Positions 26,890 to 36,011 of a stretch of DNA of 64,000 nucleotides are shown one piece after another (within the stretch, counting starts at the first letter, position 1; each line of letters begins with the position of its first letter). This DNA is from a bacterium (GTDB lineage: Bacteria > Chloroflexota > Dormibacteria > Aeolococcales > Bog-877). The stretch spans positions 4,364 to 68,363 of the forward strand of contig JAJYXT010000100.1 of the NCBI GenBank assembly GCA_021801645.1, given 5' to 3'. The notes beneath the pieces are model-generated. The model was not told the origin of the DNA, searched no databases, and was given only the letters and a program-made list of their open reading frames with translations. Made by a program: the position numbers and the translations under genes.

Positions 26890-27150
26890 TCATCGGGCGC
26901 GGTTTCCTACTGCGTCGTGGGAGAAAACTGGGACGGTTGCGGAGGAGGCCTTGAGGTCGGTTCTCCACAGGGGAGGCTCGCGCCAGCGAGGCTCGACGGG
27001 GACGCCCTTGTCCTTGAGGATCGCGACGTAGCGGTGCGCGGCGCGCTCCGTGACGCGCACGCGATCAGCGACCTCGCCCGTGGTGACCCCGGGAGGGTCC
27101 GGCGAGGGCCTCGAGGGTCCGCAGCGCCGGGCCGTCGGACTAGCTCCGGG
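26890..27150 (-). pseudogene. HTH_11/DeoR-WYL-type regulator fragment without start codon
   Basis: The minus frame reads ...GVTTGEVADRVRVTERAAHRYVAILKDKGVPVEPRW..., like the N-terminal HTH of YafY/WYL regulators (taaeLAerl.VSeRTvyRDi.aL...GVPv). There is no ATG/GTG/TTG upstream, and the WYL part is missing. Confidence 0.3.
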
Positions 27151-27265
27151 CTACCCGTCATAAGGGCTAGATGACGTTGATGGCGAACCGGTAGCGGACG
27201 GTCAGGAATCGTATTTAGCATGACCAGCGCGGGCACCTGGGCTCCGTAGAGCGAGGAGGACAGAC

Positions 27266-27949
27266 ATGGACGTAGTGCTCATCGCCGGACTATGGCTGGA
27301 CGCATCCGCCTGGGCCGCGGTCGCACCGGCACTCGAGGGGCTCGGTCACCATCCCGTGGCGCTCACCCTCCCTGGCCAAGGCGACGGGGACACCTCTGCC
27401 ACCCTCGACGATCAGTTGAGGGCGGTGGTCGGAGCGGTGGATGCGGCCCCCGGCCCCACCTTGGTCGTCGGTCACTCGGCAGCCGCCACCCTTGCGTGGA
27501 TGGCCGCGGACGCCCGGCCTGACAAGGTGGCGCGAGTGGTAATGATCGGCGGCTTCCCATCCGGCAATGGGGATGCGTACAACGACTCATTCCCGGTGGT
27601 CGACGGCGCCATACCCTTCCCCGGCTGGGATGCGTTCGAGAATTCAGACGTTGCCGACCTCGACGAAGCGCACCGCTCGGCGATCGAAGCCCGCGTCGTT
27701 GCCGTGCCCGAGACTGTGGCGAAAGGGGTCGTCCATCTTGGCGACGAGCGGCGCTTCGACGTTCCCGTCACTGTCGTCTGCCCAGAGTTCTCGCCCGCGC
27801 AGGCGAGGGAGTGGATCGACTGCGGCGCACTGCCCGAGCTGAGACGGGCCCGCCGCGTCGAGTTTGCCGATATCGACTCGGGGCACTGGCCGATGTTCAG
27901 CCGGCCGGTCGAGCTCGCCGAGCTGTTGGGGGACGCCGCTGATACCTGA
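27266..27949 (+). CDS. alpha/beta-fold hydrolase
   Basis: 227 aa with nucleophile elbow VVGHSAAA and a C-terminal DSGHWPMFSRP histidine motif. Confidence 0.8.
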   Translation: MDVVLIAGLWLDASAWAAVAPALEGLGHHPVALTLPGQGDGDTSATLDDQLRAVVGAVDAAPGPTLVVGHSAAATLAWMAADARPDKVARVVMIGGFPSGNGDAYNDSFPVVDGAIPFPGWDAFENSDVADLDEAHRSAIEARVVAVPETVAKGVVHLGDERRFDVPVTVVCPEFSPAQAREWIDCGALPELRRARRVEFADIDSGHWPMFSRPVELAELLGDAADT

Positions 27950-27968
27950 GCCGGGTGCGGGCACTGCC

Positions 27969-28220
27969 ATGGATCCGGGGCCTTACACGTTCAGCCCGCT
28001 CCGGCCGACCTCCTGTGAGGCGTTCGCCCATCTCGTCGAGCGCGGCAACGGCATCTAGTGTGGGTGTTGGTGCGCCTGCAACCACACCGAGTACCGACGG
28101 GGCATCAGCCACCCTCGCGGCCTCAAAGAAGAGCTCGTCCGGGCGGGACGCGCCCACGCCGCGCCGGTCTTCGACCGCGAGGGTCGTGCGCAGGGCTGGT
28201 GCCAGTACGGCACCGCGGAT
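27969..28220 (+). pseudogene. GNAT-like (GCWC-motif family) gene with in-frame TAG 28056-28058 and truncated 3' part
   Basis: MDPGPYTFSPLRPTSCEAFAHLVERGNGI-TAG-CGCWCACNH...VFDREGRAQGWCQYG follows the pattern of small acetyltransferases (..F..lfg..g...GCWCm.....d...vGWc.v.p). The acetyl-CoA-binding C-terminus is not recognisable. Confidence 0.4.
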
Positions 28221-28488
28221 GAGCTCACCTTATCTGCGTCCTCGCCAGTCCGCACCTCCAAGATCCTGAGCTGCGTTCCTCACCCGCGGGGGCGGGTGGT
28301 GACGGCTGGTGGTGGGGCGGTAGACGCCGAACTCGGCGGCGTCGTCGGGGAGAGTGGCAGCTCGCAGGCTGGGCGCGTGCGCAAATGAGAGGTGTTGGGG
28401 AGCACCGTGGAGGCTCAGGAACAAGGCCGCCAAACACGAACGCTGGGCCTCACCTCATAGGCTCGCCGATGCGAAACTGCGAGGCCGG

Positions 28489-29249
28489 ATGACAAACTCC
28501 GTCGCGGTTCTGTCCGACATTCATGGCGTGCTGCCGGTCCTCGATGCCGTGCTCGCTGAACCGGGGGTTGCCGGTGCTGATCTGGTGGTCGTCACCGGCG
28601 ATCACGCCTCCGGCCCCCAGCCCACTGCCGTCCTGGAACGGCTGGTCGCGCTCGGCGATCGCGTAGTGCTCGTGAGGGGCAACGCCGACCGGGAGCTCGT
28701 GGCCCTGGCTCGCGGCCAGACGATCGAGATCCCGGATGAGGTGACTCCGTGGGCCGCTGCCCAACTGTCGCCTGAACACGTCGACCTTCTGGCCTCGTTG
28801 CCCCACCCGGTCACTCTTGAGGTCGAGGGGTTCGGGCAGGTTGTCTTCTGCCATGGCACGCCTCGCGACGACGAGGAGGTGGTCCTCGTTGACACCCAAC
28901 TTGATCGCTGGGGTGAGGTCTTCGCTAAGCTGCCTGACGAGGTCAGGACGGTGGTGTGCGGCACACCCACATGCCCTTCATCAGACTCGTCAACCGACGG
29001 CTCGTCATCAACCCTGGCAGCATCGGCATGCCATACGGCCGCGCCGGTGGGCATTGGGCCCTGCTCAGCAGGGGCGCGGTCACATTGCATCGGACCCCGA
29101 TCGACGTCGAGGCGGCCTGCGCCCGACTCGTAGCGGAGTCGACCTACCCACAGAGGCAGGAGTGGGCCGACTACTACATCCGGGGCACCGCTAGTGATGC
29201 CCAGGCCCTGGCCACCTTCGCAGCGCGCGAGGGCCGGCACCTTCGATGA
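28489..29249 (+). pseudogene. metallophosphoesterase disrupted by a 1-nt frameshift near 28961
   Basis: Frame 1 reads MTNSVAVLSDIHG...VVTGDH...LVRGNAD...FCHGTPRDD...RTVVCG. Frame 0 continues HTHMPFIRLVNRRLVINPGSIGMPYG. The expected motif GHTH is split: tgcggcacaccc appears where tgcggCcacaccc is expected. Confidence 0.7.
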
Positions 29250-29584
29250 CCCTAGCCCCGGCTTGGGCGGCATAGCTCCACCCTGGCCAGCGCCGAGCTC
29301 AGCCTAGCGGTCACTGGATGGCGCTGCTCAGCGGTGCGTTGGCCACACCCAAACCGGGGCGTACAACCGCGAACGGGAGCCAAACCGCCATTTGGGACCT
29401 GGCGTGTTGGAGAGGCGCCAGGAGCGGGCCGGACGGCGACCAGAGGCAAGAGCGGGCCTACTTTGAAGGCCAAAGCGCGGGTGGGGGGCTGGCCCAGTCG
29501 GGCGAGTCGCCTATCTCTTCCTAGGGGTGAGCGCTTGACTCGGATGGCTCGGCCGTCTGTGGGAGATCCGTCGGCGAGCAGCCC

Positions 29585-30445
29585 TCAGAACTCCTCCTCT
29601 TCCTCATCCAGGTCGTCATCGTCGTCGACCACCGGCTCGTCGGCCTCATCACCGTCCTCGAACTCCCCGAAGCCCTCGTCCAGCTCGGTGCGGACGGGGG
29701 CCGTGCCGACCAGCTCCTGGTCGTCGTCGTCGAGCTGGAGCGGCTCGGTGTCCCGGGCGAGCAGCGCCTCCTTGGCGTAGGGGCGGTACTCGGCCTCGCG
29801 CCCCTTGCGGACGGGGAATGCCACCGTCCCCACCGCCTCCGGGGCCTGGTGCACCTCGCGGATGAGCAGGTTTACGGAGCCGCCCTCCACCCTCACCACC
29901 CCTGCCTGGTACCTGTTCCCAAGCGAGACCAGATGGCGCACCCGCTGCGCCAGCCGTGGCTCGAGTGCCCCCAGGGACACCCCTCTTAGGGTCCGCGCGA
30001 GCACCTCGCCATCCCCCAGCTCCAACTCCACCGGATCCCCGGCCGCTACCTGGGCCGGGTCCACCCGGGCGGGCGGCGCGATGCGGGTCATGGTGGTCTT
30101 GCCCGGTTCCTCGGTGAAGAACCGCGGAGGAAGGGATGCCTCACCCGGCACGGCGGCGGCCCGACCCTCCATCAGCTCGTCCAACTTGGAGAGCTGGCGC
30201 TTGGCGATCTGGTTCAGGGGATTGAGCGCCAGCGCACGCTGGTAGGCCTCCTGTGCCTCTTCGAAGCGGCCGGTCTCGATGAGCGCCTTGCCTAGGCGAT
30301 TGGCGGTCTCCTCATCCTCGCCGAACCGCTCCTGGATCTCCAGGTTGGCGCTCACCGCCTCCTCCCAGCGGGCCGAAAGAGCCATCTGGACGGCGTCTTG
30401 CACCAGTTCCAGCTTGGTCCGGGCGTGGTCGCCTACGTCGGACAC
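29585..30445 (-). CDS. TPR-repeat protein with strongly acidic C-terminal tail
   Basis: GTG 30445 is preceded by GGAGG; the track ORF extends to 30862. The TPR-like N-terminus is GKALIETGRFEEAQEAYQRALALNPLNQIAKRQL. The tail is ...LQLDDDDQEL...FEDGDEADEPVVDDDDDLDEEEEEF. Confidence 0.75.
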   Translation of the reverse strand: MSDVGDHARTKLELVQDAVQMALSARWEEAVSANLEIQERFGEDEETANRLGKALIETGRFEEAQEAYQRALALNPLNQIAKRQLSKLDELMEGRAAAVPGEASLPPRFFTEEPGKTTMTRIAPPARVDPAQVAAGDPVELELGDGEVLARTLRGVSLGALEPRLAQRVRHLVSLGNRYQAGVVRVEGGSVNLLIREVHQAPEAVGTVAFPVRKGREAEYRPYAKEALLARDTEPLQLDDDDQELVGTAPVRTELDEGFGEFEDGDEADEPVVDDDDDLDEEEEEF

Positions 30446-30623
30446 TGCGCTGCCTCCTGCAAACTCGTTTGAAGTTGGGTTCCGGGAGCGAGGGCGGCCG
30501 CTGGGCACGCTCCGCGCCCAATTCGGCCACGCGTCCCCCGCCCACCGGGGCCGCCATATGATAGCGGCAGCGTGCACCCGTTTCGGCCGCTGACACGGCC
30601 GGGCGCCGCAGGGTCCCTCAGTC

Positions 30624-31430
30624 ATGTCCTCGAACCACCACCCCACCTCCGAGCCCCAGATCTTTGCCGTGGCCAACCAGAAGGGAGGCGTGGGGAAGAC
30701 CACCACGGCCGTCAACCTGGGAGCGGCGCTCTCCGAGCGCGGCGCCAGGGTGCTCTGCATCGACCTCGACCCCCAGGGCCACCTCACGGTCAATATGGGG
30801 GTCGCCAAGCCGGACGACCTCCGCCTCACGGTGTACGACGTTCTCTGCGAGCACAACGTCACCGCCGCCGACGTGCGCCTCTACTCACCCGGGGTGGACG
30901 TTGACTTCCTTCCCGCCAATGTGGAGCTGGCGGGCGCTGAGCTCCAGCTGGTGACCGAGATTGGCCGGGAGTCGGTGCTCCGCGAGAAGCTGCACCCCAT
31001 CCGCCACGAGTACGACTTCATGATCATCGACTGCCCCCCGTCCCTGGGGCTGCTCTCGATCAACGCCCTGGTGGCGGCCACCGAGGTGATCATCCCCCTG
31101 CAGTGCGAGTACTTTGGCATGAAGGGCATGGAGCAGCTGCAGCGGACCATCGATCGGGTGCGCACCAAGCTGAATCCCCGCCTGCGCATCCACGGCATCC
31201 TCCCCACCATCCACAAGGGGCGGACGGTTCACGCCAACGAGGTGCTGCGGGACGTGACCGAGCACTTCGGGGACCTTGTCTACCCCTTCCAGGTCGGGGA
31301 CAGCATCCGCTTCGCAGAGTGCCCACTCGCGGGGCAGTCGATCCTCCAGTACGCCAAGGACTCGGACGGGGCCGCGGCCTATCGGAGCCTGGCCGAGCAT
31401 GTGATGGCCCAGACCCAGGAGAGGAAGTGA
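30624..31430 (+). CDS. parA: ParA/Soj-family ATPase (orphan; no parB adjacent)
   Basis: Deviant Walker A motif FAVANQKGGVGKTTTAVNLGAAL, then IDLDPQG and FMIIDCPPSLG. Confidence 0.9.
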   Translation: MSSNHHPTSEPQIFAVANQKGGVGKTTTAVNLGAALSERGARVLCIDLDPQGHLTVNMGVAKPDDLRLTVYDVLCEHNVTAADVRLYSPGVDVDFLPANVELAGAELQLVTEIGRESVLREKLHPIRHEYDFMIIDCPPSLGLLSINALVAATEVIIPLQCEYFGMKGMEQLQRTIDRVRTKLNPRLRIHGILPTIHKGRTVHANEVLRDVTEHFGDLVYPFQVGDSIRFAECPLAGQSILQYAKDSDGAAAYRSLAEHVMAQTQERK

Positions 31431-31431
31431 G

Positions 31432-31770
31432 ATGGCGTTCAAGCGCGCCAGCCTGAGCGGCTCAGCCCAGCTCTTCCAGCCCACCAGGGTGCCGCCCCGC
31501 GAGGCCCCGGAGGAGCCGGTGGACCCCGCGGCCGCCATGGGCCCAGAGGAGTACTCCCTTCCCCTGGTCACCGAGGCCGTCCCGGACGTCGTGCCCCAGG
31601 GGCATCTCTACCGCCTCACCGACGAGGAGGTGGAGACCCTGGTGGCGGCGCTGCAGCACGCCAAGTTCCCGCACTCCTACCAGCGGCTGCCCAAGCCCCC
31701 GCTGGAGGAGTTCGAGCAGCTGGAGGCGCTGCGGCAGAAGCTGGTGGACCAGCGGGGGCAGCGCCTCTGA
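31432..31770 (+). CDS. hypothetical protein coupled to parA
   Basis: 112-aa ORF starting 1 nt after the parA stop, with high third-position GC. I recognise no family. Confidence 0.6.
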   Translation: MAFKRASLSGSAQLFQPTRVPPREAPEEPVDPAAAMGPEEYSLPLVTEAVPDVVPQGHLYRLTDEEVETLVAALQHAKFPHSYQRLPKPPLEEFEQLEALRQKLVDQRGQRL

Positions 31771-32381
31771 GCACGGAGCCGGCCCGGCCCCGCCTCAAGA
31801 TCGCCCGGGTCCGGGTCACGGGCACCCAGGATTCGAATTGCTACGTGGTCGCCTGCGCCCGCAGCGGCGCGGCGGTGGTGATCGACCCCGGAGCCGAGGC
31901 GGATAAGGTGGTGGCGCAGTGCCAGGGTCTGGAGGTGATGCACATCGTGCTCACCCACGGCCATCGGAACCACGCCGGGGCCAAGGACCAGGTCAAGGAG
32001 GCGGTGGGCGGGGTCACCGCCATGAGCCTTCTGGATGCCACGGGCTACCTGCGCTCAGCGGAGCGCTACCTGCAGGACGGGGACCGCCTCCCCTTCGGCG
32101 ATTTCGAGCTGGAGGTCCTGGCCACCCCCGGGCACAGCCCGGGCAGCCTCTGCTTCAAGGTGGGGAACCACCTCTTCAGCGGGGACACCCTGCGCCAGGG
32201 CGACATCGGCCCCACCAACCTTCCCGACCAGGACCTGGCTCGCCAGCTGACCTCGGTGCTCTCCCGGCTGCTGACCCTTCCGGAGAACACGGTCGTCTAC
32301 CCCGGACACGGCCCCACCACCACCGTGGGCCAGGAGCGCATCTCCAACGTGGCGGTGGAGATGCTGCGCCGGGCCCGATGA
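31767..32381 (+). CDS. MBL-fold metallo-hydrolase (start uncertain; first canonical start is GTG 31845)
   Basis: VLTHGHRNHAG (HxHxDH-type motif), ATPGHSPGS and YPGHGP. The domain's first strand, LKIARVRVTGTQDSNCYVV, lies upstream of 31845. The only start-like codon there is CTG 31767, overlapping the previous TGA. Confidence 0.8.
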   Translation: MSTEPARPRLKIARVRVTGTQDSNCYVVACARSGAAVVIDPGAEADKVVAQCQGLEVMHIVLTHGHRNHAGAKDQVKEAVGGVTAMSLLDATGYLRSAERYLQDGDRLPFGDFELEVLATPGHSPGSLCFKVGNHLFSGDTLRQGDIGPTNLPDQDLARQLTSVLSRLLTLPENTVVYPGHGPTTTVGQERISNVAVEMLRRAR

Positions 32382-32710
32382 GGGACCTCGAAGCCAGCTC
32401 CTACACTAGCCGGATGGTGGTGGGAAGCCTCCAGCTCACGCTGCACCTGCCCCTCAGCCGCTCGCTGAAGGCCAAGCGGCAGGTGGTGGGGTCGCTGACC
32501 GCCCGTTTGCGGAGGGCCTTCAATGTGGCGGTGGCGGAGGTGGACCAGCTGGAGAGCTGGCAGCTCGCGGTGATCGGGGTCAGCTGTGTGAGCAATGACC
32601 GGAGGGTGGCGGACCGACTCCTGCAGCAGGTGGCAGACTGGGTGGCCGAGGACGCGGGTGGCGGCGAGGCCATCCTCACCCGCCAAGACATCGAGGTGAT
32701 CAACGTATGA
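32378..32710 (+). CDS. DUF503-family protein
   Basis: MVVGSLQLTLHLPLSRSLKAKRQVVGSLTARLRRAFNVAVAEVDQLESWQLAVIGV matches the DUF503 pattern. ATGA overlaps occur with both neighbours. Confidence 0.8.
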   Translation: MRDLEASSYTSRMVVGSLQLTLHLPLSRSLKAKRQVVGSLTARLRRAFNVAVAEVDQLESWQLAVIGVSCVSNDRRVADRLLQQVADWVAEDAGGGEAILTRQDIEVINV

Positions 32711-33552
32711 GCCCACTGGTGGCGGTCATCAAGATCGGCATAGACCCCGTCTTCCAGCTCGGGCCGCTGACCATCCACTGGTACGGGGTGGGCTACGCCG
32801 TGGCCATCCTGGTGGGCCTCCAGGTGGCCCTCCCCTACGCCGAGCGGCACGGGATCCCCCGGGGCAAGGCGAGCTGGATCGCCTTCTGGGCGGTGGTCGC
32901 CGGGCTGGTGGGGGGCCGCCTGTTCTACGACCTGCAATCGGGGGCGCTCTACTACCTCACCCACCCGGCCCAGATCTTCGCCTTCTGGAACGGGGGCATG
33001 GCGTTCTTCGGGGCCATCTTCCTGGCCGCCCTGACCATGCTCTTCCTGGCCTGGCGGGAGAAGCTCAACTTCTGGGTGCTGCTGGACGCCGCCGCCTTCT
33101 TCGCGGTCGTGGGCCAGCCCATCGGGCGGATCGGCAACATCATCAACGGGGACATCCTCGGTTACCCCTCCAATCTCCCCTGGGCCACCGAATACACCAA
33201 TCCCCATGCCTTCGCCCCCAAGCTGGGGGTCGCCTACCAGCCGGCCGCCGCCTATGAGGCCCTGGTCATCCTGCTGGTCCTCGGCTTCCTGGTCTACCTG
33301 CGCCGCCGGGGGGTCCCGGACGGCTGGGTGGGGATCTCCTACCTCATCCTCTACCCCCTCACCCAGATCGGCATCTTCTTCCTCCGCGACCCGGTCAACG
33401 TCCCCATCATCGCCTTCGGGCTGAAGCAGGCCCAGCTGACCTCGATCGGGGTCCTGGTGCTGGGGATCCCGCCCCTCATCTACGCCTGGCGGCGGACCAA
33501 CCGGCCCCGGGAGAACGCGGCGCTCCCGGCGGTGGAGTCACCGCCGGCGTGA
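32707..33552 (+). CDS. lgt: prolipoprotein diacylglyceryl transferase
   Basis: GPLTIHWYGVGYAVAIL...GGRLFYDL...WNGGMAFFGAI...GRIGNIINGD are Lgt signature motifs. Confidence 0.9.
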   Translation: MSPLVAVIKIGIDPVFQLGPLTIHWYGVGYAVAILVGLQVALPYAERHGIPRGKASWIAFWAVVAGLVGGRLFYDLQSGALYYLTHPAQIFAFWNGGMAFFGAIFLAALTMLFLAWREKLNFWVLLDAAAFFAVVGQPIGRIGNIINGDILGYPSNLPWATEYTNPHAFAPKLGVAYQPAAAYEALVILLVLGFLVYLRRRGVPDGWVGISYLILYPLTQIGIFFLRDPVNVPIIAFGLKQAQLTSIGVLVLGIPPLIYAWRRTNRPRENAALPAVESPPA

Positions 33553-35957
33553 CCCCCCTGGCCTCGGGGCCGGAGGATCCCGGGCTCGAGGCCTTCGAGG
33601 CCACCCTCCCCTTCCGCCTCGACCCCTTCCAGCGTCAGGCGATCGAGGCCCTCTCGACCCACCGCGGGGTGCTGGTAAGTGCGCCCACCAGCAGCGGCAA
33701 GACCGTGATCGCGGAGTGGGCGATCTGGGACTGCCTGCGCCGGAACGGGGAACGGGCCATCTACACCTCGCCCCTCAAGGCCCTTTCCAACCAGAAGTTC
33801 CAGGATCTCTGCCGACGGTACGGGGAGGACACGGTGGGACTGGTGACCGGGGAGACCTCGGTGCGTCCCTCAGCCCGGGTGGTGGTGATGACCACCGAGA
33901 TCCTGCGCAACCTCATCTACGAGGACCCGGAGTCGCTGGCCCGGGTTGGCTGGGTGGTGCTGGACGAGGTCCACTACATAGACGAGTTCCCAAGGGGCAC
34001 GGTCTGGGAGGAGGTGATCGTCCAGGCGCCCTCTCACGTCCGGTTCATCGGGCTGTCGGCCACCATCACCAACGTGGACGACGTGGCCGCCTGGATGGAG
34101 GAACGCCGGGGGCCGACCGCGGTGGTGGTCAGGACCGAGCGGCCCGTTGAGCTGGTCACCTGGCTGGGGGTGGGCAACCGGCTGCTCCCCCTCCTGGGCC
34201 CGGACGGCAGGCTGGACCGAAGGACGCTGGAGGCCGCTGAGCGCGAGGCCGAGGGTGATCGGCGGTTCGGCGGCAACCGGGTGGTGCTGGCGGCGGAAAA
34301 CGACCTCCTGGCGATCCTCAGGGAGCTGGCCGCCCAGCGGATGCTCCCGGCGATCTACTTCATCTTCTCCCGGAGGGGATGCCAGGAGGCGCTCTCCCGC
34401 TGCGCCACCCACGGCCTGGACCTCAACTCGCTGGAGGAGAAGTTCCTGGTCGACGACCTGCTGGCGGACCGGCTGAGCGCGGTGGATGACCCGGAGGAGG
34501 CGGCGGTCTACACCTCATCGCTCAACATGACCATGCTGCGGGCGGGGATCGCGGTCCACCACGCCGGCCTTCTGCCGTACGTCAAGGAGACCGTGGAGCT
34601 GCTCTTCCAGCGTGGCCTCCTCAAGGTGGTGTTCGCCACCGAGACGCTGGCGCTCGGCCTCAACATGCCGGCGCGGGCCTGCGTCATCTCCACCTTCACC
34701 AAGTTCGACGGCCAGGGCTTCAGTCCACTGCGCTCCGGGCAGCTCACCCAGCTCCTGGGACGGGCCGGCCGCCGCGGGATCGACGAGATCGGCCACGGGG
34801 TCATCCTCCGGGACCCCGAGGTGGATCTGGGGGTGATCTGCGAAACCCTGCTGGGCAACGACATGGCGGTCGAGTCCAAGTTCGCTCCCACCTACAACAT
34901 GACCCTGAACCTGCTCCGGAGGCGGAGCCCCGAGGAGGCGGAGGAGCTGCTGGAGCAGTCCTTCGGGCAGTTCCAGCGCCTCATGGCGCTGGAGAATGTC
35001 GCCCGCCGCCGGCCCAACCTGGAGGCCCGCCTGGAGGACCTCCGGCAAAGCCGGTTCCGACATCCCCGGGTGGCCTGTGACGAGCGCACCCTGAGCCGCT
35101 ACCTGAGCGCAGAGCGGCAGGCGGCCTCGGCCCGGGCCGAGGCCCGCCTGCTGCGCCGGCAGCACTTCCGTGACCGGCGGGAGGGCCGGTACGGCCGGGA
35201 CGCACGGGACCCCGGCGGGCAGCTTGAGCGGGCCCGACGCCAGCTGCGGGAGCAGGAGCACCGGATGAGCGCGCTCCCCTGCCGCGGCTGTCCCTTCCTT
35301 CCCGCCCACCGGGCAGCCCGCGAAGAGGCCGGGGAGCTGAAGGCCGCCATCTCGGGCGCGGAGGAGACGGCCGCCGCGCGGCGTGACGAATACCGGAGGC
35401 AGTTCCGCGCCTACCGTGAGGTGCTGGAGGAGACCGGCTTCCTGAACGGGGACCACCCAACCCGGATGGGCCTTCTGGCGGCCGCCGTGTACGGCGAGAA
35501 CACCCTCCTGGTCGCCCAGGCGGTCGCCGAGGGGTGGTGGACTGGCCTCTCCACCCCCGAGCTGTGCGGCGCTTTGGTGATGCTGGCCGGGGAGGACCGC
35601 AACCCGGACCGCGCGCCGCCGCGCCGGCGCCTCCCCACCCGGCGGCTGGAGGAGATCGCCCGGCGGCTTTCCAAGGCTCAGGCGGAGCTGGCCCGACTGG
35701 AGGCGAGGTGGCAGATCCGGGAGTGCCGCCCCGCCTCCCTGGATCATGTGGGCTATGTGTACGAGTGGAGCCGAGGTGTCGCCCTGACCGCCCTCCAGCC
35801 GCCACCGGGTGTGGACCCCGGGGATGCCCTGCGCGCCACCAAGGCCTGCTTCACCTTGGCCCGGCAGCTGGAGGGAGCGCTGGAGGGATGGGACCTCCAT
35901 GCCGACGTGCGGCAGGCACGGCAGAGCCTGGAACGCGATCTGGTCCGGCGGGTGTGA
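33549..35957 (+). CDS. helY: Ski2-like DEAD/DEAH-box RNA helicase (HelY-type)
   Basis: Motifs APTSSGKT, DEVH, SAT and HHAGLLP, then a long arch/DSHCT-like C-terminus. GTGA overlap with lgt. Confidence 0.85.
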   Translation: MTPLASGPEDPGLEAFEATLPFRLDPFQRQAIEALSTHRGVLVSAPTSSGKTVIAEWAIWDCLRRNGERAIYTSPLKALSNQKFQDLCRRYGEDTVGLVTGETSVRPSARVVVMTTEILRNLIYEDPESLARVGWVVLDEVHYIDEFPRGTVWEEVIVQAPSHVRFIGLSATITNVDDVAAWMEERRGPTAVVVRTERPVELVTWLGVGNRLLPLLGPDGRLDRRTLEAAEREAEGDRRFGGNRVVLAAENDLLAILRELAAQRMLPAIYFIFSRRGCQEALSRCATHGLDLNSLEEKFLVDDLLADRLSAVDDPEEAAVYTSSLNMTMLRAGIAVHHAGLLPYVKETVELLFQRGLLKVVFATETLALGLNMPARACVISTFTKFDGQGFSPLRSGQLTQLLGRAGRRGIDEIGHGVILRDPEVDLGVICETLLGNDMAVESKFAPTYNMTLNLLRRRSPEEAEELLEQSFGQFQRLMALENVARRRPNLEARLEDLRQSRFRHPRVACDERTLSRYLSAERQAASARAEARLLRRQHFRDRREGRYGRDARDPGGQLERARRQLREQEHRMSALPCRGCPFLPAHRAAREEAGELKAAISGAEETAAARRDEYRRQFRAYREVLEETGFLNGDHPTRMGLLAAAVYGENTLLVAQAVAEGWWTGLSTPELCGALVMLAGEDRNPDRAPPRRRLPTRRLEEIARRLSKAQAELARLEARWQIRECRPASLDHVGYVYEWSRGVALTALQPPPGVDPGDALRATKACFTLARQLEGALEGWDLHADVRQARQSLERDLVRRV

Positions 35958-36011
35958 GCGTGCCGGCCTTCCGCTACGATCTCGACATCCGAGCGTTGAG
36001 GCGGGGGGATA

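Noticed and set aside
28056-28058. In-frame TAG in the GNAT-like gene as a pyrrolysine codon
   Set aside because: There are no pyl genes in the window, the taxonomic context is wrong, and the gene also lacks its C-terminal half. A pseudogene is the simpler reading.
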